Of a stretch of 64,000 nucleotides of DNA, positions 51,976 to 63,100 are shown one piece after another. This stretch comes from Candidatus Dojkabacteria bacterium. GTDB taxonomy: Bacteria > Patescibacteriota > Dojkabacteria > SC72. The notes below the pieces were generated by a model that was not told the origin of the DNA, searched no databases, and saw only the letters and a program-made list of their open reading frames with translations. The DNA lies in contig DUTP01000005.1 in assembly GCA_012842045.1 (NCBI GenBank), positions 77,430 to 141,429 on the forward strand, given 5' to 3'. Every line of letters begins with the position of its first letter. The first letter of the stretch is position 1. The translations under genes and the position numbers were made by a program.

Positions 51976-53064
51976 CCTGGTGGGGTAGCAATACCCTGCC
52001 AGGAATTGTAGTTGTAAAATTTGGCTATATGCTGGAACGTCTGAGTATTTCTTGCTACTCATTAGATGATATTCAAATTGTAAGAAATTTGTAATCTCTA
52101 GTAGTTAAAATGTAAGAATGCAGATAATCAGCAGGAAAGATTTGTAATGTCAGATCCTATTTTTACAGAACAATTGAAATGGTTTCTCTCTGGATTTATC
52201 GATGGAGAGGGAAGCTTTTGTCTTAATATTAAGAGTAGAAAGGACTCTAGGTATGGTTTGAGAATAGAGCCAGCTTTTTATGTTTATCAACATGAAAAAA
52301 GTGTCCATATACTTGAATTGTTAAGAAAGATGTTTGGATGTGGAAGTATCCATAGAAAAACATCACCGTATAGCGTTTTTACGTATCAGATTTCTGGTAT
52401 AAAACCTTGCTATACCAAAGTTATTCCTTTCTTTGAGAAGTATCCGTTAATCGTAAAGTCTCAGACTTTTGAAATTTTCAAAAGAGCTGTTGATTTTATG
52501 TATAAAAAGCGACATCTAACTAAGGAAGGTTTTCTTTACTTGGTGGATTTAGTATATGAGATAAACCAACAAGGGAAAGGTAAAAAATGGGATAAAGAGA
52601 CAATAATTACAAAAATCCTCAGAGACTATACGCCAAACTCCTGATAGGGAGATGAGATAGTCCGACCTGTATGGCGACATACAGATGTATATAGAAATAT
52701 ATACACGAATCTAACAAACGTTGTTAGAGGGTAACACAAGTGAACGGTGGTAGATATATATCTACTGAGATATTTGCTAATCTCGGTTTGCTATCTAAAG
52801 ATATAGGGCCGTTTTAAAATCTAGCTATATGCTGGAACATCCTAAACGATACAAGTACCAAAGAGTAACAATCTTGTATTTATGGACAATCAGCAGGAAA
52901 GATCCAAGAAATTGGAAATCCTCAGAGGCTACATGCTAGACACAATATAATATTGTGAAGATATAGTCCGACCTCTACAGTGATGTAGAGAGATACACGA
53001 AGGTGTATCCGCCTAAAAATAGGTCTTCTAGTTTAATGAACACTAGATGGAAGTAACAGAAATG
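51976..53064 (+). mobile_element. Intron in 23S rRNA carrying a homing-endonuclease gene, with an internal degenerate endonuclease-less duplicate of the intron unit (boundaries uncertain by a few nt)
   Basis: rRNA homology breaks after ...CTATTAGA and resumes at CCTAAGGTAGCG (E. coli ~1917-1926 hotspot). The repeat blocks listed under the corresponding finding occur twice. Confidence 0.7.
52147..52644 (+). CDS. LAGLIDADG homing endonuclease (single-motif, 165 aa) encoded within the 23S intron
   Basis: LSGFIDGEGSF motif. Confidence 0.85.
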   Translation: MSDPIFTEQLKWFLSGFIDGEGSFCLNIKSRKDSRYGLRIEPAFYVYQHEKSVHILELLRKMFGCGSIHRKTSPYSVFTYQISGIKPCYTKVIPFFEKYPLIVKSQTFEIFKRAVDFMYKKRHLTKEGFLYLVDLVYEINQQGKGKKWDKETIITKILRDYTPNS

Positions 53065-53633
53065 CCTAAGGTAGCGTAATACCTTGTCACTTAATTAGTG
53101 ACTTGCATGAAAGGTGTAACGATTTTTCCTCTGTCTCGACAACGTGCTCGGTGAAATTGAAATGGCTGTGAAGATGCGGCCTACCTATACCAGGACAAAA
53201 AGACCCCGTGGAGCTTTACTTCAGCTTTGCATTGAGATAAGGTCTCGGATGTATAGAATATGTGGGAGACTATGAAGCAGTTTCGTCAGGAATTGCGGAG
53301 TCGACAGTGTAATACCACTCTTTTGATATTTTATTTCTAACAGTGTCCATTATCTGGATTCTAGACAGTGCATGGTGGGAAGTTTGACTGGGGCGGTTGC
53401 TTGCTAAAGAGTACCGCAAGCGCACTAAGGTCTCCTCAACCCGGATGGAAATCGGGTGAAGAGTGCATAAGCATAAGGAGGCTTTACTGTGAGGGAGACA
53501 TCCCGATCAGTTACGAAAGTAGGTTTAAGTGACCCTTTGGTTGCGCGTGGAAGCGCCATTGTTTAACGGAGATAAGCTACCCCGGGGATAACAGGCTAGT
53601 CTTGCCCGATAGTTCATATTGACGGCAAGGTTC

Positions 53634-53665
<32 letters not shown>

Positions 53666-53698
53666 ATTGGATAAGATCCCAAGGGTTGGACTGTTCGT

Positions 53699-53729
<31 letters not shown>

Positions 53730-54186
53730 CCGGCGTAAGCCAGGTCGGTCTCTATCCGGTATAGGCGTTGTATATTTGAGAGAATCATCCCCTAGTACGA
53801 AAGGATCGGGGAATGGTAACCTCTGGTCTACCAGCTGTTCTACCAAGAGCATAGCTGGGTAGCTAAGTTGCTTTCGGATAAGCACTGAAGGCATATAAGT
53901 GCGAAGCCAAACTCAAGATTAAATATACTTGTGTAGCTTGACTACATGGAAGGTCTGTGGAAGACTACCACATTGATAGGCTCTAAGTGTGAGTATAGTG
54001 ATATACTTAGCTGAGGAGTACTAATTGACCAAAAGCTTCTTTGATTTTTTATTACTTTCTGTTCGGTTTTGAGTGTACAATTACACTCTCGCTCTTTAGA
54101 ATTAAGTCCTGAGCTCTTCGAAAGAAGAGGTCAGGCAAAAGGTATTTATATCTATCTATATATATATAGATAGATAGATTCTTTTT

Positions 54187-54305
54187 GCCTGGCGATTGTA
54201 GTGGAGTGGAACTACCTGACTCCATCCCGAACTCAGAAGTAAAACACTCTAACGCCGAAAATACTTAAACCGCAAGGCTTTGGGAAGATAGGTTATTGCC
54301 AGGAC
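54187..54305 (+). rRNA. rrf: 5S ribosomal RNA
   Basis: GCCTGGCGATTGTAGTGGAG...CCGAACTCAGAAGT...TGCCAGGAC. Confidence 0.85.
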
Positions 54306-54321
54306 TTTTTGAATTTGAAAA

Positions 54322-54346
54322 CCCACTAGAAATAGTGGGTTTTTTG
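54322..54346 (+). terminator. rRNA operon terminator (CCCACTA-gaaa-TAGTGGG followed by TTTTTTG)
   Basis: Seen directly. Confidence 0.65.
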
Positions 54347-54393
54347 TTTTAAGTAAAGAGATACTTTTAACGGTTTGACGATATGAAAGATTT

Positions 54394-55125
54394 TTACATC
54401 CTTTTTAAAATTCCTAGCGTTTCTTCTGGGTTTTTAATAATATTGATTTGTATGTCCTTAAGAGATAGAAGGGGATAGTCATTTCCGTATTTATAAAACT
54501 CATCTCCTGTGAAAGTAACATTCGTTAGAGGTATATCTAACATCCTTGCTAGTCTTACTGTATTGTCGGCTTTATTTCTACCCTTAGCTACTATATCGAT
54601 AGTAGCTCTTCCTGTTATAAACATATCAAACCTCCCTTTAAAAATTTCATCAAGATTTCTCCTTATAGATAATCTCTTACTACCGTCAGGATCCCATTTT
54701 TCTCTTACCTCGTTGGAAGCATCTTCTCCTAAACAATCCATTGCGATATACCCTGCTTTCTCTGTGATAATAACTTTCTTCTTTATTCCTTTGAGAGCTT
54801 TGTAAATAATCTCTTTGTCTTTTGGTGGTACCTGCTCTGCCTCGTAGATTAAATTAAGAGTCTTTAGATTATAATTAAATATTTTGTTTCCATAGTAAGG
54901 GCATATAAAAAGGTTGTTGTTTGTAATAGTAATATTTTTTACAAATAATTGATTTAACTGTTTTAAAGTTCTTCCACTCATAATTGCAACGTAGTTCTCT
55001 TTGGTGAGTCTAGCAGTTTCAGAGAGGATATTATCCGATGGAACCGATACAGGTTGGGCGAGTGTGTTGTCATAGTCAAAGATGAATAATTTTTTCATAA
55101 TCAAGTATATCAAAAAAGAACACAC
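54394..55125 (-). CDS. HAD-superfamily (Cof-type, HAD-IIB) phosphatase
   Basis: N-terminal FIFDYDNTL (DxD motif I), a cap domain, and C-terminal GDEFYKYGNDYPL motif IV. Confidence 0.65.
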   Translation of the reverse strand: MCSFLIYLIMKKLFIFDYDNTLAQPVSVPSDNILSETARLTKENYVAIMSGRTLKQLNQLFVKNITITNNNLFICPYYGNKIFNYNLKTLNLIYEAEQVPPKDKEIIYKALKGIKKKVIITEKAGYIAMDCLGEDASNEVREKWDPDGSKRLSIRRNLDEIFKGRFDMFITGRATIDIVAKGRNKADNTVRLARMLDIPLTNVTFTGDEFYKYGNDYPLLSLKDIQINIIKNPEETLGILKRM

Positions 55126-55464
55126 CTAGAGAACCCTAGAGAGAAAACTCTAGGGTTTGGGTTGTTGTGCTAGTGGTAAATAGAAACGTTTACTGTTGGT
55201 TGTCAATCTGTTACGAAACAAGTCTTGTAGAGGACACGAAAAGAAGGGCTTCTTTTAAGAAGTGTAACATTGTGTTTTTCTGTGGCAAAACAGGGTGTTA
55301 TATAGCATGTAAAAAATTTTACATATTTTGACAACGGTGTTCGTTTCCATCGGAAATGTTTTGGCGGCAAGCCTTGAGGTGAGAGTAAAACAATTGTACA
55401 AAACCAGGCAAAGAGAGTGGTGTGATATAATGAAGATGTATAAATTTACAATCTTCTCCTAAAA

Positions 55465-56475
55465 ATGGAAATCAAAAGCTATGGGTCGGTCTGTATTGAG
55501 GGCGGAGATCAGCTTGGTAAGGGTGATGCAACTTCTAGAATAGTTAAAGAACTTGAGGGTCGTAGTGTGAATCTAACATTTTCTTCTTTCCCAATATATG
55601 CAACTCCAATGGGTTCAGTCATACGTTCTCTTTTAAAGGATGGTATCTCAGATGCAAAATTAGAGGGAATAGATACCTTAGATGTAAGGATGGCACTCTT
55701 TGCATTAAATAGATTAGAATTTATGGATGTATATCTAAGTGATAAGAAGTACCAGAATACAATGTTAATTCTTGACAGGAGTCCGTTTAGTAATGCTGTA
55801 TCCATAGGATATTGGCTGTCTTTACAGAAAAATTGGGATGAGAAGGAAGTGACAGGATATATTGACAGAGCAATGGATTTAGAATCTCTAATGATATCAG
55901 AATTGGGGTTGGATAGATGTGTTATTCAATTGAAATCAGAAGAGAGTGAATGGAGAGATATTAGAAAGAGAGAGACAGATCAGCATGAAAAAAAAGAAGT
56001 ACAAGAGAAGAGTAGTAAGGTGTATGAAATGTACAAAAAAACTGTAGGATCTGGTTGGCATCAGGTTGTCACTAAGAGAGATGATGGCTGGCGAGATAGA
56101 GATGATATTTGGAGTGATAATAAAAGAATTCTTAAGGATACATATGGGGATATGGATGATATTAAGGATGGTTTGAGGTACGATATTGGATTTAAAGAGA
56201 TTGTGGAGAATATATATCCTGATGCTGAGTATGATATGAGGCTATATGACACTTACGATGGTGCTATTAAAGAGAATGTAAAAGAGGTGATGTATGAAAG
56301 TGGGTTGAAACTTAGTAGTCAAGTAGCTGGTAGTTGTAGTAGTATCAAATTCTCAAATGGGGAGGTAAAAAGAGAGTTTAGAAGGCTGGTAGGTATAGTC
56401 CCTGATGTGGTGAGAGTGTATGAATATTTCTTAGGTAGGGAATTTATAGGCAAATTAAAGAAAGCATTAGTATGA
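55465..56475 (+). CDS. Thymidylate-kinase-fold protein with a degenerate P-loop and a ~165-aa acidic, Trp-rich C-terminal extension
   Basis: CIEGGDQLGKGDAT (EGxDxxGK, but with G in place of S/T after the Lys) and ILDRSPFSNAVSIGYW (a DRx-type motif). Confidence 0.45.
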   Translation: MEIKSYGSVCIEGGDQLGKGDATSRIVKELEGRSVNLTFSSFPIYATPMGSVIRSLLKDGISDAKLEGIDTLDVRMALFALNRLEFMDVYLSDKKYQNTMLILDRSPFSNAVSIGYWLSLQKNWDEKEVTGYIDRAMDLESLMISELGLDRCVIQLKSEESEWRDIRKRETDQHEKKEVQEKSSKVYEMYKKTVGSGWHQVVTKRDDGWRDRDDIWSDNKRILKDTYGDMDDIKDGLRYDIGFKEIVENIYPDAEYDMRLYDTYDGAIKENVKEVMYESGLKLSSQVAGSCSSIKFSNGEVKREFRRLVGIVPDVVRVYEYFLGREFIGKLKKALV

Positions 56476-57107
56476 TGAGTAGGAGGGATGTGGCTATCAA
56501 ATTACTATCTGAAGTAGAGAAACTCTTTCCAGAGGCTTCTACAGAGCTTGCAAATTGGAAGGATGACTTTCAGTTTTTAGTTGCTGTAATTCTTTCTGCA
56601 CAGACAACTGATATGCAGGTGAATAAGGTTACCCCAAAACTTTTCAGAAAATATCCAAGTGCTAGAAGATTGGCTAGTGCTAATATAAAAGATTTAGAGT
56701 ATACCCTAGGGGGTATTAATTACTTTAGAACAAAATCCAAGAATATTAAGAAGATGGCTAAGATTTTGGTTGAACAGTATGAAGGGCAGCCCCCTAAGTC
56801 GCTGAAGAAGCTTGTTGAACTGCCAGGGGTAGGTTACAAGACTGCAAATGTTTTTCTAAATGAGAGGTATAGAGCTAATGAGGGAATTGCTGTAGATACA
56901 CATGTTTTGAGGGTAGCTAGGGCGTATGGTCTTACTAAGAATATAGATCCAACTAAGGTAGCTCATGATTTAGAGAAACTCTACCCAAAGAAAGATTGGT
57001 ACAAGGTTAATTCGGTGTTTGTTTTGTATGGAAGGTATATCTTAAAGGCTAGAAAACCAGATATGGACAGGGTTGTCCTAAGAGAATATTTGGTGAATGG
57101 AAATTAA
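56472..57107 (+). CDS. nth: HhH-GPD base-excision DNA glycosylase (endonuclease III-like, no C-terminal Fe-S cysteine cluster)
   Basis: LVAVILSAQTTD...LPGVGYKTANVFL HhH-GPD motifs and a catalytic Asp in VDTHV. ATGA overlap with the upstream gene. Confidence 0.7.
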   Translation: MMSRRDVAIKLLSEVEKLFPEASTELANWKDDFQFLVAVILSAQTTDMQVNKVTPKLFRKYPSARRLASANIKDLEYTLGGINYFRTKSKNIKKMAKILVEQYEGQPPKSLKKLVELPGVGYKTANVFLNERYRANEGIAVDTHVLRVARAYGLTKNIDPTKVAHDLEKLYPKKDWYKVNSVFVLYGRYILKARKPDMDRVVLREYLVNGN

Positions 57108-57111
57108 AGCT

Positions 57112-60100
57112 TTATTTGTTCTCTTCTTGTTTTCTCTTGTATATGTTATATCCCAAGAGTATTGTTAATAGGACAATTAGGGCAATCAACCAGTAAACGT
57201 ATGTTGGTATTATTACTTTTTCTAGTTTTACATTTATCTCCATCTCTTCTTCTCCATCGCTGACTAGATTAATTTTCTTTTCAGCCCTATACCCATTATA
57301 TGAAATAATCATTGTATGTAAACCTGTTTCTAGATTTTCAAAATATACCTCTCCATTTTCATCAGTAATTCCTGTTCTAACATCTGAGTGTATTTCAACT
57401 GTTACACCTACAAGAGGTTCTCCAGACTCACTGTATATCTTTATCTTCAGACTCTTAGATTGAGTAGAGGAAGCAGGTTCCTTAGTTATGTCTAAAGTTT
57501 CCTCTGCAGCTTTAGTATTTTCTTCTTTTTCGTTTTCAATGATAGGGTTGATATATTTAGCAAACAGATTCTTTGGTTTTACAACAGGTTTGGGATCTAA
57601 TGGTGTGGGAATAATTGGTTTTGGAGGTTCTTCTTCATCTGGTTGTTCTGGTTCTTCCTCTTCTACAATATATGTCACAGAGTTATCAGTAGAGGTAGAT
57701 GCAACGTTATTATTCCCAGCTAAATCAGTTAATACATCAGCAGGAATAGTTGCTGTTACTGTTTCACCGTTTGTTAGGTTCTCAATCTCAACTTCATACT
57801 CTGTTTCACTAATTTTTGTAATACCTTTTACTTTAGCAGTTGTACTTCCAGATATTAGTATATCTTCATGAGTAAATGTATCTTCTTTTATTGGTTCAGA
57901 AAAGATAACGATGTATTTAATGGAGTTAATATCTGTTGGGTCAGGTTGAGTTGAGGATTGATTAATAGTTACAGAGGGTGGAATATTATCATATGTAATA
58001 GAGTTGTCAGTACTGGTTGATGCAATGTTTTTGTTTCCAGCAAGGTCTTCCACAGTATCAACAGGTAGGATGAGTAAGACTGTTTCTCCAGATACCATAC
58101 CATTTACATATGCTGTATATGTTGTGTCGTTTACATTTGTTAATAGTAATACTTTAGCTGTACTACTACCAGATATATTTAAATCATCTCTTGTAAATGT
58201 ATCTCCATTTATTGGTTCTGAGAAAATAATTGTAAATTTAATTATATCTTCATTAGTAGGATCAGCTTGGTCATCAGCTTGGTTTACTGTAACTGTTGGG
58301 GAAGTAGCATCATATGTTACTGAATTGTCAGTAGAAGTTGAGGCAGTATTCGTATTTCCAGCAGAATCTTCAACTCTATTAGCAGGTAGAGAGAGTGATA
58401 CAGTTTCTCCAGATAGCATACCCGTTACAACTGCAGTATATGTTGTGCTATTTACTGTTTGTAATTGTGATACAGTAGCAGTACTACTACCTGATATGAG
58501 TAGGTCTTCTTTGATAAAAGTGTCTCCATTAATTGGTTTGGAGAAGACAACTGTATATTTAATGGAGTTTATATTGGTAGGATCTACTTGGTCATTAGTT
58601 TGATTTACTGTAACAGTTGGTTTTTCTTTATCAAATGTTACTGCACTTGATTCTACTTCTGCAGTATTCCAGTTACCAAGAACATCTTGGTATGTATGAG
58701 CAGGGGAGAATACTGTAATGCTTGCCTTTTGATTCACTATGCCTGACACAGAGAGGGTATATTTCTTATTATTGATACTTGTTACCTCTGTAACTTTAGC
58801 TGTTGTAATAACACCATCTTCCTTAATCTTAAAACCATTTGCATCTAAGGTATCATCTTTTAGAGGTTCAGAGAATGTTGCATGGAAGATAATAGGTTGT
58901 TGATTAGTTGGATTTGGTTGTCCAGTTGCAGGTGTAATTGAAGTAATGTATGGAGGAGTAATATCAATTATTAGTTGGCCTGTGATTTCACTACTGTTTT
59001 CAGCAGAATCAGTAGCAGTTATTGTTAAATTGTATGTTTTTGTTGTTAGGTTTGTAATGTCTCCAGCAGATACAGTCCAAGTACCATTTTGATTGCTTGC
59101 AGCATTGATTATTTGTCCAGTTTCTACAATTTCAACTGTTACGGTAGCATTTTTATCATTTACCGTACCTGTAAGTTCAGGGGAGGGATTATTTGTACTT
59201 AAATCTTCATATCCTAATACTGGAGCGACGGTGTCTTTCAATAGCTCTTTGGTGTCTTCTCCTTTGTTTCCAACATCATCTGTCTGTGATGCATAGACAA
59301 CGACAGTACCATCGGGTTGTGCTGATAGGTCTAGTTCAGTACTCCAAGTATTATCGTTTTGACATTCTGCTACATATGGTTGTTCTGCTATAACTGTAAT
59401 GATATTGTTGTCTCCAAAAGTACATGTACCTCCTAGGGTATAGTGGGTTCTGTTTGCTCTGTTTATTGGTGCTGTGCTGGTTATGGAAATTGCTGGTGGG
59501 ATCCTGTCTATGATATATCCTTCTTTGGTTTCAGTAATACTGTTTCCTGCTTTGTCCTTGGCTGTTATAGCAAGGTTCCCTGATTCTATGATTGTTATTG
59601 TACAATTAATAATATTTTTATCTCCAGTATCAGCAGTACATTCCAAATTCTCAGCCATTCCTGTTGAACTTGCAGCTATCTCAATATCTGCAGGATATAT
59701 TTCAACAGCATCTGTTACAGTAATTGTAGTATCAGTAATATTATCCTTCTTCTTCTTGGTAGGAGCATTGATAGTTATTACAGGGTCAACAGTATCAATT
59801 GTATACATATGTGAGTTGTATCCTGTTGCTCTATTATTAGTATCTTCTGCTTGTATTATAATTGTTCCACTTTTATTAATATTTCTAATATTACAAGTTA
59901 CGTATGTAGTATATGGAGCATTATGTTCTCCATCTGCATCTGCACAATTTTCAAGAGTAACACCTTCAGATGCTGTTCCTGAGATTTCAATATTATCAAT
60001 CTCATGTCCTGCGATAGGGGCAGTAATTGTTACAGTTGAATCGCTAATTGGTTGGTTACTAAGAACAGTAGGGGCATTGAATACGACTTCTGGAGGGAAA

Positions 60101-63100
60101 ATGGTTTGCTTTTCAGTAGTATTGCCCACTAAGTCGTAGGCGATAACTGTAATGGTGTGTTGATTTTCCCCAGCGTAAAGTTCAAGAGTTCTTTGTATAA
60201 CACCAGGTTTTGTATACTCTATTTCATCAACTTTGTTTAATCCATCACTTCCAACATATTTAATCTCATACTTTTGCATTCCTACAGCATCAGTAGCTTC
60301 AAATTCAATAATTGGTTTGTCTATACCATATGTTAAAGTATCAATACTTGATGTTATAAAGGTTGGGGGAACCTGGTCAACAACATATCCATCTTTGAAA
60401 GCAGTTGAGCTTAGTCCAGCATTATCAGTAGCTTTCAAAACTAATCTTCCAGAAGTTTTTATACGAATAGTACAATTCATTTCTATATGGTTTTCTGGAT
60501 CAGGTGGATCAGCTTCATGTGGGAAGGGTGGAGTACATACAATATTATCCGCAGTAGCTATACTGGATTCATCTACTTCAACAGAAGCGATAGAGAAACG
60601 ATCGCTTACTTTAAATGTAGTATCAGTGATAGGGGCATTGGACATAGTAGTTCCTTGATTAATAGTGATTTCCGGAGGTAAATCATCAACATCAAGTACA
60701 GTAATAACGAAGATTTCTTCGGTATATAGATTAGTTGAGTCCGTAGCTCTTACTCTAATTGTATATTTATTTTTATCATCAGGGTCAGCTGTTCCTGTTG
60801 GATTTTCATAGTCTGGAGGTTCTAGGAAAGCTAAAGCACCAGTAGTAGGATTAAGAGCAAACTTAGAGTTATCTCCACTTCCTTCACCAGATACAAGAGA
60901 GTAGATTATAGCTGTTTCATCAGTTGCAGAGATTGTGCCGACTTCTGTAGTGTTTTCTTCGATTTCATCTGGAAATAGTTTTAAGTTTTGTGGTGGACAG
61001 TTTTGACCAGCATCATTAATTCGCCAATTTTTAGGCGCACTAGTTAAAGTATTCCTAGCATCTCCACCTTGACAATAATAAACACCAACGGCATCAAGAT
61101 ATAAATTTGGTTTTACTGTTTTAGTACTCCAAGAATTTAATAATTTGTCATAATTATATGGATGCAGAGCAGTATAATTAAGAAAATAACTAATTCTTCC
61201 TACATTACCTATATTCCAATTCGAGATATCTTGATCAAAGGAAGTAGCATTGTTGAACATATACATCATATTTGTGACATTAGATGTATCCCAACTACCT
61301 ATTGGTTGATTGAATGAAGTAGCTGCACTGAACATATATGACATATCTTGGACATTACCAGTTTGCCAGCCACTGATATCTTGATTAAATCCAGAAGCAC
61401 GATCAAACATACGCGTCATATTTGTAACACTTGCCGTATTCCAATTGTCACCAAACGGTTGGTTAAACTCATAAGCACGGTCAAACATATATGACATATT
61501 TGAAACTTTAACAGTATTCCAGTTTAATGGCTTACTCTCATCACCAGGCTCAGCGCCATTGTTAAAAACATTGGCATTTTGAAACATATATGCCATGCTT
61601 TCAACATTTGCTGTATTCCAATCACCAATATATTGATTAAAACTTCTTGCCTGTCTAAACATATCTGCCATAGTCTTGACATTTGCTGTAGTCCACTTAG
61701 GCCCAAATGCTTGATTAAAGTCTCTTGCTACAAACATGGCATACATATTATCAACCTTTGATGTATCCAAATCTAATGGATTATTACTGCCTCCGGGAAC
61801 ATCGCCGTTATTAAAAACCGTAGCTCCGTTGAACATGTGCATCATGCTAGTAACTTTTCCGGTATTCCAGCTGTTAAGGTTCTGATTGAAAGAACTAGCA
61901 TTCATAAACATGCCGAGCATACCAGTTACATTGCTCGTATTCCAAGAGCCGATGTTTTGATTAAATGCTTTAGCATTTAAAAACATATATGTTACATACT
62001 TAAGACTTTTAGTGTCCCAATTCATGGTATTGCTACTTTCGCCTGGTGCTTCACCGTTATTGAAAACGGTTGCACCTTGAAACATGTTAGACATATTAGT
62101 AACCACACCAGTATCCCAACCACCAATATATTGATTAAACGCACTAGCCTCTCGAAACATAAGAGACATGCTTTCAACCTTTGTTGTAACCCAATCCATA
62201 GTATTTTGACTTTCACCTGGTGCTTCACCATTATTAAAGGCTGTGGCTTGTCTAAACATGTTAGACATATTAGTAACCGCACCAGTATTCCAACCACCGA
62301 TGTTTTGATTGAAAACTGAGGCCTGATTAAACATAGAGCCCATATTAATAACCTCACTAGTGTTCCATCCACCAATATTCTGATTGAATACAGTCGCACC
62401 AGCAAACATGGCATACATATCTTTAACGCTACCAGTCTGCCAGTTATTTATGTCTTGATTGAATGAAGAAGCTTTATTAAACATCTGTTTCATATTAGTT
62501 ACACTGCTAGTATTCCATTCTAGGGGTTTAGTGCTTGCACCTGGAGTTTCACCATTATTAAATTTATCTGCCTCAAAAAACATGTATGCCATACTTTCAA
62601 CTGCACCAGTTTTCCATTTGCCGATATATTGATTAAAGTTTGTGGCACGGTAAAACATTGAATTCATAGTAGTAACTGCACTTGTATCCCAATTACCGAT
62701 AGGGGCATTAAAATTTGTGGCATCTACAAATGTATTAGCCATATTTTTAACACCACTAGTATTCCAACTATCCATAGATCCATTACCAGTGAAGTTTGTA
62801 GCACCTTGAAAAGTAGAAGACATATCTGTAACTTGTGATAAATCAGGGGCATCAGTAGCAGTTAACTGCATGTTCACCATCCCTTTAAAAGCAGATCCAA
62901 AACTTGACCATGGGATAGTACCCCATTGTTTAATCTCTAATAGTTTAGCTTTTTCATCATCAGCTAAATCAGGGGAATAGAAACGGAGTGGGGCAGTAGA
63001 TCTAACGCAAACATCGTATGTACCTGGTGTCGGATAATTATGTGTAGCTAAGCTAGTGTAAAACAGTTCATAATCATCATCACAATTCCAAGATACTTCA

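Noticed and set aside
54140-54175. Possible CRISPR or mini-repeat array at the AT palindrome
   Set aside because: A single palindrome. There are no spacer-repeat periodicity, no cas genes and no CRISPR array anywhere in the window.
55147-55173. Hairpin AACCCTAGAG-agaaaa-CTCTAGGGTT upstream of the HAD gene, considered as a terminator
   Set aside because: No flanking T-run on either strand and no convergent gene end nearby, so its function is unclear.
57488-62414. Multiple plus-strand and alternative-frame ORFs inside the giant surface-protein gene (e.g. 58004..58603, 59474..60139, 62022..62414)
   Set aside because: Antisense or out-of-frame readings of a repeat-rich gene; their mutual similarity only reflects the DNA tandem repeats.
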